Assembly: GCA_043228905.1 (NCBI GenBank)
Contig: JBHGNT010000015.1
Span: 13,082,001 to 13,146,000 of the forward strand
Length of the DNA: 64,000 nucleotides
Source: Azolla caroliniana
Taxonomy: Eukaryota > Plantae > Polypodiophyta
Direction: 5' to 3'
Within the stretch, counting starts at the first letter, position 1; every line of letters starts with the position of its first letter. Positions 1-11,341 of this stretch are shown here, piece after piece. A program made the translations under genes and the position numbers. The notes beneath the pieces were generated by a model. The model saw only the letters and a list, made by a program, of their open reading frames with translations, ran no database searches and was not told where the DNA came from.

Positions 1-1323
1 TATCTAAGTATGTTGGTCAACCAAGAATTGTTTAGGAAAGTGAAAGTCAATTTTCTTTTGGTTGGCCACACATATGACCATATAGATAAGATGTTTAGCA
101 CATTCTCCAGACAGTTGTCTCGGCATGATGCTTTCACTTTACCTAAACTATTTGATGTCATTTGTGATGCATATACACCACGCCCAAAAGTGTTACACTT
201 GAAGGAGGTATATGACTTTAAGAGATATATATCAGATGGGGGTGTTGGGAATGTTAAAGTGCTTGCCCAGTTAAACAATATAAGCTTCAATCACATTTTT
301 ATGATAAAAAAAAATGAAATAAGTGGTTCTACACTTTTGTATGCTAAACAATATTCATCTTCTACAACATGGGAACCTGAAGGTGGTTGCCAGTTATTAC
401 TTTGTATGCCGAGTACAATTGTCCATGGAGCTAAGCATATGCCAATTGAGAAGAAAGGACAGTTGCAGAGTGACTTGGTATCGAAACAAAAACGGTTATG
501 GCTCCAAGCCTTAGAAGAAAAAAGAAAGCATATTGAGGCTGCCAAGAAATATGCCGCAGAACAAGACACGTCATGGTGGGACGTATTTTATAGTGATCAG
601 AAAGGAATTATAGACAATTGTGTATTTGGTGATAATTGGAATTTGGAAACGCCATTCACATGGTCGCTGCAACATGATCATGTAAATAGAACTCCAGAGC
701 AACCAACAAATGCGATTAATGACAGTTTGGTCCATCCACAACAAAGAGACATTTATGTGGGACCAAGGATGACCAAAGCAGCCGAAGCTAGATGGCAAGG
801 AAATTTGCAAGACCTCACGGCAGGGATGTTGATTGCAACACCGGCTAATGAGAACTCACATGGCCACCAATTTTGGGTTGGTAAAATTCTAGAAGTGCTA
901 ATGCATGAAATAGAAAACACGATCAAATCTATAAACGTTCATTGATACAACACTAGAAGTGCAAATGCTTTTACAGGTAAGTATACATTGGAGATGATTG
1001 AATGCCCAACAAGAAAGGGAGGTAGGAAGAGGAAGCGAAACATTCGTAACACCTCGACCCTTGATATCTCTGATGTGGATATCATCGTGTACGACTTCAC
1101 ACTTACAAAAGCCGAACGATTAAGGAAGTCAACAATAGATATAATAAAAGAAAAATTACCAGGTCTACAAGGTGGCTCGAGTCAAAGGCAAACGAGATCT
1201 GCTACATATAATCTAGAGTCAAACCATTTGGTTTATGACGAAGATAATGCATTGATTGGTACATCCGAGGATGATGAGGAGGAATCTTCACTGTATATTA
1301 GTTATAGTAATGATTCTCCGTAA
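1..1323 (+). pseudogene. 3' part of a degenerate DNA-transposon transposase (GHTxxxID motif; DUF7869/Sola-like), one in-frame stop
   Basis: The frame is open from base 1 (YLSMLV...) and contains FLLVGHTYDHIDKMFSTFS, resembling the FLxVGHTHEDIDQxFS motif of DDE/D transposase-like proteins. ORFs 10..945 and 988..1323 share one frame, separated by a single TGA (943-945) in VH*Y, probably TGG>TGA. No introns. The superfamily assignment is from recall and is tentative. Confidence 0.6.
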
Positions 1324-1925
1324 AGGAGTGATCATGAATGTATATTTGCCTATTAAGTGTAACTACATTCCGCTTCTAACAAATCGAGTAATATAAAAGC
1401 ATGTGTTTTGAATTCTTATGATTTCTAAAAAATCGTCTTATAAAATAACATTGGTTGTAAAGTTTGTGATATAAATTGAGAATGTAACTTTTTCAAATTC
1501 GTCTTTATTTAGTTGCTTCAAAATCACGAAAATAGTGGATTTTTCACCTTTTTCATAATATGTTTGAACATGTATGATACTGGTAACAATGTGTTTTGTA
1601 AAATCATTGAAAAAGCCCTAAAATCAACCAAAATTTCCCTTATCCTTCCATTTATGCGCGACCCTTCCACTTGTGAACGCGAACGTGTTACAACAAGTTA
1701 TATATTTAATCTCAATTTTAGCCAATCTTTAAAGATATGTCTCGATTATAAATTACAATTTTATCCTAAACGTTAATAACCAATTGACAATAATGTCGCC
1801 TTAATATGCGGCACCATACATACTTTTTCTAAAATATTTCTAGTCATCGTCAATAAACATTATGGATATTCAAATGGTGAAGTCGTTAGAGAGCTTGGGA
1901 GATACTAACGAAGACCAGTTGATTG

Positions 1926-1999
1926 TGGCCAATCGAGGTTTCGAACCTATGACCTTCGCGTTATTAGCACGACACTCTAACCAACTAAGCTAATTGGCC
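1926..1999 (-). tRNA. tRNA-Ile(AAU), diverged first copy (probable pseudogene)
   Basis: The cloverleaf is recognisable with anticodon AAT, but there are several substitutions in the D-arm and T-stem relative to the array consensus. Confidence 0.7.
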
Positions 2000-3235
2000 A
2001 TATCTATTGTACAAATTGCCAAGTCAACACATTATATGTTTCCTTTTTACATTTTGAAAGTATACGAAAACGTTATATACTCAATGGCCAATCTTGAAAG
2101 TTATATGAGAAGTTATATATTTAATCACAATTTTAGCCAATCTTGAAAGATATGTCTGGATAACAAGTTACAATTTTATCCTAAACGTGCATGACCCATC
2201 GACAATAATATCGTCTTAATATGGGGCAACATAGATACTTTTGTTTTAAATTTTTCTAGTCATCGTCAACAAACATTATGGCTATTTGAATGGTGAAGTC
2301 GTTAGAGAGCTTTGGAAATATTAACCAAGACCAATTGATTGTGGCCAATGGAGGTTTTGAACCTGCGACCTTCGCGTTATTAGCATGACGCTCTAACCAA
2401 CTGAGCTAATTGGCCATGTCTATTTTGTATATTGACAAGCCTAGACATTGAATGTTTCCTTTTCACATTTTCAAAGTATACGAAGACGTTAAATACTCGT
2501 GCGACATGAATGAATAAATAAATCTTTTCCAAACATGTTGTAGAAGTTTCCTATTTGTGTTGCCTATTCCTAATTATCATTTTATCCTTAATGTGTAAAT
2601 GGAGTCTCTAATGATCGTTTTGTATTCAAATTTATCATTTTATCCTAAAGAAGCATACCCAATGAAGAATGATCGATTTCGACTAGAAGTTATGATTTTA
2701 TCCTCAGGATATTACCCAATCGTGAATGTTCACGACTTAATATGGGTTATTTTACCTTTTGTTTTTAATTTTTCTATTTGAAGTAAACCCAATCGCGAAG
2801 GATGATTTTTAATTATAAGTGATCAATCTATTCTCAAGAAATATGCCCAATCATGAATAATTACTTTCGTTTTTGAAGTTATTAATTTATTCTCAACAAG
2901 TGTACCCAATCATGAATGGTCATTTTTGCTTTCGTCTGATCAATTCAAAGTTATCACTTTGTATTTGAAGGAAACCAAATCCTGAAAGATAATTTCATAC
3001 GACAAGTTATATATTTAATATCCATTTCAGCCAATCTTGAAAGATATGTCTCGATTATAAGTTACAATTTTATCCTAAATGTGCATAACGAATCGACAAT
3101 AATCTCGTCTTAATATGCGGCAACATACATACTTTTGTTTTAAATTTTTCTAGTCGTCATCAAGAAACTTTATGGCTATTCAAATGGTGAAGTCATTAGG
3201 GAGCTTCGGAAATACTAATGAAGACCAATTGATTG

Positions 3236-3309
3236 TGGCCAATGGAGGTTTCGAACCTGCGACCTTCGCGTTATTAGCACGACGCTCTAACCAACTGAGC
3301 TAATTGGCC
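3236..3309 (-). tRNA. tRNA-Ile(AAU), array consensus copy
   Basis: The reverse complement is GGCCAATTAGCTCAGTTGGTTAGAGCGTCGTGCTAATAACGCGAAGGTCGCAGGTTCGAAACCTCCATTGGCCA. It has a 7-bp acceptor stem, D-arm with A box, anticodon loop CT-AAT-AA, B box GGTTCGAAACC and discriminator A. It closely resembles plant cytosolic tRNA-Ile-AAT. Confidence 0.92.
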
Positions 3310-3737
3310 ATGTCTATTTTGTATATTTCCTAGTCTACACATTGAATGTTTCCTTTTCACATTTTGAAAGTATACGAACACGTTATATACTCGTGCGACA
3401 TGAATGAATACATAAATCTTCTCCAAACTTGTTGTAGAGGTTTCCTATTTGAGTTGCCTATTCCTAATTATACAAAATCGTTATATACTCAATGGCCAAT
3501 CTTGACAGTTATATATTTAATCTCAATTTTTGCCAATCTTAAAAGATATGTCTGGATTATAAGTTACAATTTTCTCCTAAACATGCATAACCAATCGACA
3601 ATAATCTCGTCTTAATATGCGGCAACATACATACTTTTGTTTTAAATATTTCTAGTCGTCGTCAACAAACTTTATGGCTATTCAAATGGTGAAGTCATTA
3701 GAGAGCTTGGGAAATACTAACGAAGACCAGTTGATTT

Positions 3738-3811
3738 AGGCCAATAGAGGTTTCGAACCTGCGACCTTCACGTTATCAGCACGACGCTCTAACCAACTGA
3801 GCTTATTGGCC
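3738..3811 (-). tRNA. tRNA-Ile variant with GAU anticodon (degenerate)
   Basis: The + strand reads cgttatcagc, giving loop CT-GAT-AA (anticodon at 3775-3777). It also has U8>A, a changed discriminator and extra wobble pairs. Confidence 0.65.
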
Positions 3812-4553
3812 ATGTCGATTTTGTATATTGCAAGGCTTACACATTGAATGTTTACTTTTCACATTTTGAAAGTATACGAAAACGTTATATACTCGTGCGA
3901 CATGAATGAATACATAAGTCTTTTCCAAACTTGTTATAGAGGTTTCCTATTTGAGTTGCCTATTCCTAATTATACAAAATCGTTATATACTCAATGGCCA
4001 ATCTTGAAATTTATATATTTAATCTCAAGTTTTGCCAATCTTAAAAGATATGTCTAGATTATAAGTTACAATTTTTTCCTAAAACATGCATAACCAATCG
4101 ACAATAATCTAGTCTTAATATGCGCCAACATACATACTTTTGTTTTAAATTTATCTAATCGTCATCAAGAAACTTTATGGCTATTCAAATGGTGAAGTCA
4201 TTAGGGAGCTACGGAAATACTAACGAAGACCAATTATTTGTGGCCAATGGAGGTTTCGAACCTGCGACCTTCGCGTTATTAGCACGACGCTCTAACCAAG
4301 TGAGCTTATTGGCCATGTCTATTTTGTATATTTTCATCTCAATTTTAGCCAATCTTGAAAGATATGTTTGGATTACAAGTTACAAATTTATGCTTAACGA
4401 CCACGACCAATCAACAATAATCTCGTCTTAATATGAGGCAACATACATACTTTTGTTTTAAATTTTTCTAGTCGTCGTCAAGAAACTTTATGGCTATTCG
4501 AATGGTGAAGTTGATAGGGAGCTTAGGAAATACTAATCAAGACCAATTGATTG

Positions 4554-4627
4554 TGGCCAATGGAGGTTTCGAACCTGCGACCTTCGCGTTATTAGCACGA
4601 CGCTCTAACCAACTGAGCTAATTGGCC
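4554..4627 (-). tRNA. tRNA-Ile(AAU), consensus copy
   Basis: Identical to the consensus at 3236-3309. Confidence 0.9.
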
Positions 4628-5385
4628 ATGTCTGTTTTGTATATTTCCTAGCCTACACATTGAATGTTTCCTTTTCACATTCTGAAAGTATACGAAGACG
4701 TTATATACTCAATGAAAAATCTTGAAAGTTATTTGAGAAGTTATAAATTTAATCTCAATTTTAGCCAATCATGAAAGATATGTTTGGAATACAATTTACA
4801 ATTTTCTGCTAAACGAGCATAACCAATCGACAATAATCTCTTCTTAATATGCGGCAACATACATACTTTTGTTTAAAAATTTTCTAGTCGTCATCAAGAT
4901 ACTTTATGGCTATTCAAATGGTGAAGTCATTAGGGAGCTTCGGAAATACTAACGAAGACCAATTGTTTGTGGCCAATGGAGGTTTCGAACCTGCGACCTT
5001 CGCGTTATTAGCATGACGCTCAAACCAACTGAGCTAATTGGCCATGTCTATTTTGTATATTTCCTAGCCTACACATTGAATGTTTCCTTTTCACATTCTG
5101 AAAGTATACGAAGACGTTATATACTGAATGGCCAATCTGCAAAGTTATATGAGAAGTTATATATTTAATCTCATATTTAGCCAATCTTGAAACATATGTC
5201 TGGATTACAAGTTACAATGTTTTCCTAAACGTGCATGACCAATCGACAATAATCTCGTCTTAATATGCAGCAACATACATACTTTTGTTTTAAATTTTTC
5301 TAGTCGTCGTCAACAAACTTTATAGCTATTCGAATGGTGAAGTCATTAGAGAGCTTGGGAAATACTAACGAAGACCAGTTGATTC

Positions 5386-5459
5386 TGGCCAATGGAGGTT
5401 TCGAACCTGCGACCTTCGCGTTATTAGCACGACGCTCTAACCAACTGAGCTAATTGGCC
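5386..5459 (-). tRNA. tRNA-Ile(AAU), consensus copy
   Basis: Identical to the consensus. Confidence 0.9.
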
Positions 5460-6665
5460 ATCTCTATTTTGTATATTGCCAAGCCTACACATTGAATGTT
5501 TACTTTGCACATTTTGAAATTATACGAAAACGTTATATACTCGTGCGATATGAATCAATACATAAATCTTTTCCAACTTGTTGTAGAGGTTTCTTATTTG
5601 AGTTGCCTATTCCTAATTATCATTTTCTCTTTAACGTGTTGATGGAGTCTGTTATTATCGTTTTGTATGCGAAGTTATCATTTTATCCTAAAGAATCATA
5701 CCCAATCAAGAATGATCGATTTGGACTAAAAGTTATGATTTTATCCTCAGGATATATAACCAATCGTGAAAGTTCACGACTTATTATGGGTAAGTAGTTT
5801 ACCTTTTGTTTTAATTTTTTCTATATGAAGTAAACCCAATCACGAAGGATGGTTTTGATCTATAAGTGATCAATCTATTCTCATGAAATATGCCCAATCA
5901 TGAATGCTTATTTTCCTTTCCGAAGTTAATAATTTATTCTCAACAAGTATACCCAATCATGAATGGTCATGTTTGGTTTCCTTTATTCAATTCGAAGTTA
6001 TCACCTTGTAATCGAAGGAAACCAAATCCTGAAAGATAATTTCATACGAGAAGGTATATATTTAATATCCATTTCAGACAATCTTGAAAGATATGTCTAG
6101 ATTATAACTTACAATAATCTCGTCTTAATATGCGGCAACATACATACTTTTGTTTTAAATTTTTCTAGTCATCATCAAGAAACTTTATGGGTATTCAAAT
6201 GGTGAAGTCATTAGGGAGCTTCGGAAATACTAACGAAGACCAATTGTTTGTGGCCAATGGAGGTTTCGAACCTGCGACCTTCGCGTTATTAGCTCGACGC
6301 TCTAACCAACTGAGCTAATTGGCCATGTCCATTTTGAATATTTCCTGGCGTACACATTGAATGTTTCCTTTTCACATTTTGAAAGTATAGGAACGCGTTA
6401 TATACTCAATGGCCAATCTGGAAAGTTATATGAGAAGTTATATATTTAATCTCAATTTTAGCCAATCTTGAAAGATATGTTTGGATTACAAGTTACAATT
6501 TTAAGCTAAACGAGCATGACCAATCGACAATAATCTCTTCTTAATATGCGGCAACATACATACTTTTGTTTTAAATTTTCTAGTCGTCGTCAACAAACTT
6601 TATAGCTATTCGAATGCTGAAGTCATTACAGAGCTTGGGAAATAGTAACGAAGACCAATTGATTC

Positions 6666-6739
6666 GGGGCAATGGAGGTTTCGACCCGGCGACCTTCGCG
6701 TTATTCGCACGACGCTCTAACCAACTGAGCTAATTGGCC
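6666..6739 (-). pseudogene. tRNA-Ile pseudogene (also at 12548, 18430, 24312)
   Basis: Broken acceptor stem and discriminator (cggggcaat), altered T-arm (tcgacccggc) and U33>G (ttattcgc). Confidence 0.8.
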
Positions 6740-9700
6740 ATGTCAATTTTGTATATTGCCAAGCCTACACATTGAATGTTCCCTTTTCAAATTTTGAAAG
6801 TATACGAACACGTTATATACTCAATGGCCAATCTGGAAAGTTATATGAGAAGTTATATATTTAATCTCAATTTTAGCCAATCTTGAAAGATATGTTTGGA
6901 TTAGAAGTTACAATTTTATGCTAAACGAGCATGACCAATCGACAATATTCTCGTCTTAATATGAGGCAACATACATACTTTTGTTTTAAATTTTTCTAGT
7001 CGTCGTCAAAAAACTTTATGGCTATTCGAATGGTGAAGTTGTTAGGGAGCTTCGGAAATACTGATGAAGACCAATTGATTGTGGGCAATGGAGGTTTCGA
7101 ACCTGCAACCTTCGCGTTATTAGCACGACGCTCTAACCAACTGAGCTAATTGGCCATGTATATTTTGTATATTGCCAAGCCTACACATTGAATGTTTCCT
7201 TTTCAAATTATGAAAGTATACGAACACGTTATATACTCAATGGCCCATCTGGAAAGTTATATGAGAAGTTATATATTTAATCTCAATTTTAGCCAATCTT
7301 GAAAGATATGTTTGGATTACAACTTACAATTTTATGCTAAACGACCATGACCAATCGACAATAATCTCGTCTTAATATGCGGCAACATACATACTTTTGT
7401 TTTAAATTTTTCTAGTCGTCGTCAAGAAACTTTATGGCTATTCGAATGGTGAAGTTGTTAGGGATCTTCGAAAATACAGATGAAGACCAATTGATTGTGG
7501 CCAATGGAGGTTTTGAACCTGCAACCTTCGCGTTATTAGCACGACGCTCTAACCAACTGAGCTAATTGGCCATGTCTATTTTGTATATTGCCAAGCCTGC
7601 GCATTGAATGTTTCCTTTTCAAATTTTGAAAGTATACGAACACGTTATATACTCAATGGCCAATCTGGAAAGTTATATGAGAAGTTATATATTTAATCTC
7701 AATTTTAGCCAATCTTGAAAGATATGTTTGGATTACAAGTTACAATTTTATGCTAAACGAGCATAACCAATCGACAATAATCTCGTCTTAATATGAGGCA
7801 ACATACATACTTTTGTTTTAAATTTTTCTAGTTGTCGTCAAGAAACTTTATGGATATTCGAATGGTGAAGTTGTTAGGGAGCTTCGGAAATACTAATGAC
7901 GACCAATTGATTGTGGCCAATGGAGGTTTCGAACCTGCGACATTCGCGTTATTAGCACGACGCTCTAACCAGCAGAGCTAATTGGCCAGTTCTATTCTTT
8001 ATATTTCCTAGCCTACACATTGAATGTTTCCTTTTCACAATCTGAAAGTATACGAAGACGTTATATATTCAATGGCCAATATTGAAAGTTATATGAGAAG
8101 TTATATATTTAATCTCATATTTAGCCAATCTTGAAACATATGTCTGGATTACAAGTTACAATTTTATCCTAAACGAGCATGACCAATCGACAATAATCTC
8201 TTCTTAATATGCGGCAACATACATACTTTTGTTTTAAATTTTCTAGTCGTCGTCAACAAACTTTATAGCTATTCGAATGGGGAAATAGTAACGAAGACAA
8301 GTTGATTCTGGCCAATGGAGGTTTTGAACCTACGACCTTCGCGTTATTAGCACGACGCTCTAACCAACTGAGCTAATTGGCCAGTTCTATTTTGTATATT
8401 TCCTAGCCTACACATTGAATGTTTCCTTTTCACATTCTGAATGTATACGAAGACGTTATATACTGAATGGCCAATCTGCAAAGTTATATGAGAAGTTATA
8501 TATTTAATCTCATATTAAGCCAATCTTGAAACATATATCTGGATTACAAGTTACAATTTTATCCTAAACGTGCATGACCAATCGACAATAATGTCTTCTG
8601 AATATGCGGCAACATATATACTTTTGTTTTAAATCTTTCTAGTCGTCGTCAACAAACTTTATAGCTATTCGAATGGTGAAGTCATTAGAGAGCTTGGTAA
8701 ATAGTAACGAAGACCAGTTGGTTCTGGCCAATGGAGGTTTCGAACCTGTGACCTTCGCGTTATTAGCACGACGCTCTAACCAACTGAGGTAATTGGCCAT
8801 GTCTATTTTGTATATTGCCAAGCCTACATATTGAATGTTTACTTTGCACATTTTGAAAGTATACGAAAACGTTATATACTCGTGCGATATGAATGAATAC
8901 ATAAATCTTTTCCAACTTGTTGTAGAGGTTTCCTATTTGAGTTCCTATTTCTAATTATCATTTTCTATTTAACGTGTCGATGGAGTCTGTTATTATCGTT
9001 TTGTATGCGAAGTTATCATTTTATCCTAAAGAAGCATACCCAATCAAGAATGATCGATTTGGACTAAAAGTTATGATATTATCCTCAGGATATATACCCA
9101 ATCGTGAAAGTTCACGACTTATTCCGGGTTAGTAGTTTACCTTTTGTTTTAATTTTGTTTATATCAAGTAAACCCAATCGCGAAGGATGGTTTTGATCTA
9201 TAAGTGATCAATTTATTCTCATGAAATATCCCCAATCATGAATGCTTATTTTCCTTTCCGAAGTTAATAATTTATTCTCAACAAGTATACCCAATAATGA
9301 ATGGTCATTTTTGGTTTCCTTTATTCAATTCGAAGTTATCATTTTTTCTTCGAAGGAAACCAAATCCTGAAAGATAATTTCATACCAGAAGGTATATATT
9401 TAATATCCATTTCTGCCAATCTTGAAAGATATGTCTGGATTATAAGTTACAATTTTATCCTAAATGTGCATAACCAATCGACAATAATCTCTTCTTAATA
9501 TGCGGCAACATACATACTTTTGTTTAAAATTTTTCTAGTCGTCATCAAGATACTTTATGGCTATTCAAATGGTGAAGTCATTAGGGAGCTTCGGAAATAC
9601 TAACGAAGACCAATTGTTTGTGGCCAATGGAGGTTTCGAACCTACGACCTTCGCGTTATTAGCACGACGCTCTAACCAACTGAGCTAATTGGCCATCTCT

Positions 9701-10435
9701 ATTTTGTATATTTCCTAGCCTACACATTGAATGTTTCCTTTTCACATTTTGAAAGTATACGAACACGTTATATACTCGTGCGACATGAATGAATACATAA
9801 ATCTTTTCCAAACTTGTTGTAGAGGTTTCCTATTTGAGTTGCCTATTCCTAATTTTACAAAATCGTTATATCCTCAATGGCCAATCTTGACAGTTATATA
9901 TTTAATTTCAATTTTTCCCAATCTTAAAAGATATGTCTGGATTATAAGTTACAATTTTCTCCTAAACATGCATAACCAATCGACAATAATCTCGTCTTAA
10001 TATGCGGCAACATAGATACTTTTGTTTTAAATTTTTCTAGTCGTCATCAAGAAACTTTATGGCTATTCAAATGGTGAAGTCATTAGGGAGCTTTGGAAAT
10101 ACTAACGAAGACCAATTATTTGTGGCCAATGGAGGTTTCGAACCTGCGACCTTCGCGTTATTAGCACGACGCTCTAACCAAGTGAGCTTATTGGCCATGT
10201 CTATTTTGTATATTTTCATCTCAATTTTAGCCAATCTTGAAAGATATGTTTGGATTACAAGTTACAAATTTATGCTTAACGACCACGACCAATCAACAAT
10301 AATCTCGTCTTAATATGAGGCAACATACATACTTTTGTTTTAAATTTTTCTAGTCGTCGTCAAGAAACTTTATGGCTATTCGAATGGTGAAGTTGATAGG
10401 GAGCTTAGGAAATACTAATCAAGACCAATTGATTG

Positions 10436-10509
10436 TGGCCAATGGAGGTTTCGAACCTGCGACCTTCGCGTTATTAGCACGACGCTCTAACCAACTGAGC
10501 TAATTGGCC
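10436..10509 (-). tRNA. tRNA-Ile(AAU), consensus copy
   Basis: Identical to the consensus. Confidence 0.9.
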
Positions 10510-11267
10510 ATGTCTGTTTTGTATATTTCCTAGCCTACACATTGAATGTTTCCTTTTCACATTCTGAAAGTATACGAAGACGTTATATACTCAATGAAAA
10601 ATCTTGAAAGTTATTTGAGAAGTTATAAATTTAATCTCAATTTTAGCCAATCATGAAAGATATGTTTGGAATACAATTTACAATTTTCTGCTAAACGAGC
10701 ATAACCAATCGACAATAATCTCGTCTTAATATGAGGCAACATATAGACTTTTGTTTTAAATTTTTCTAGTCTTCGTCAAGAAACTTTATGGATATTCGAA
10801 TGGTGAAGTTGTTAGGGAGCTTCGGAAATACTAATGACGACCAATTGATTGTGGCCAATGGAGGTTTCGAACCTGCGACCTTCGCGTTATTAGCATGACG
10901 CTCAAACCAACTGAGCTAATTGGCCATGTCTATTTTGTATATTTCCTAGCCTACACATTGAATGTTTCCTTTTCACATTCTGAAAGTATACGAAGACGTT
11001 ATATACTGAATGGCCAATCTGCAAAGTTATATGAGAAGTTATATATTTAATCTCATATTTAGCCAATCTTGAAACATATGTCTGGATTACAAGTTACAAT
11101 GTTTTCCTAAACGTGCATGACCAATCGACAATAATCTCGTCTTAATATGCAGCAACATACATACTTTTGTTTTAAATTTTTCTAGTCGTCGTCAACAAAC
11201 TTTATAGCTATTCGAATGGTGAAGTCATTAGAGAGCTTGGGAAATACTAACGAAGACCAGTTGATTC

Positions 11268-11341
11268 TGGCCAATGGAGGTTTCGAACCTGCGACCTTCG
11301 CGTTATTAGCACGACGCTCTAACCAACTGAGCTAATTGGCC
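11268..11341 (-). tRNA. tRNA-Ile(AAU), consensus copy
   Basis: Identical to the consensus. Confidence 0.9.

Noticed and set aside
3230-3240. Encoded CCA end, or organellar/bacterial origin of the tRNA
   Set aside because: The apparent CCA is C71-C72-A73, and the following bases are CAA or GAA. The AAU anticodon and body are eukaryotic cytosolic type.
5255-5310. Helitron 3' end (CTAG-T) as a rolling-circle explanation for the array
   Set aside because: CTAGT is present in nearly all monomers, but there is no convincing GC-rich hairpin ~10-15 nt upstream and no Rep/helicase remnant.
5290-5385. Dicistronic tRNA-snoRNA downstream of each tRNA
   Set aside because: No conserved C box (RUGAUGA) and D box (CUGA) pair or terminal stem is visible on the sense strand. 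A covariance-model search would be needed to exclude it fully.
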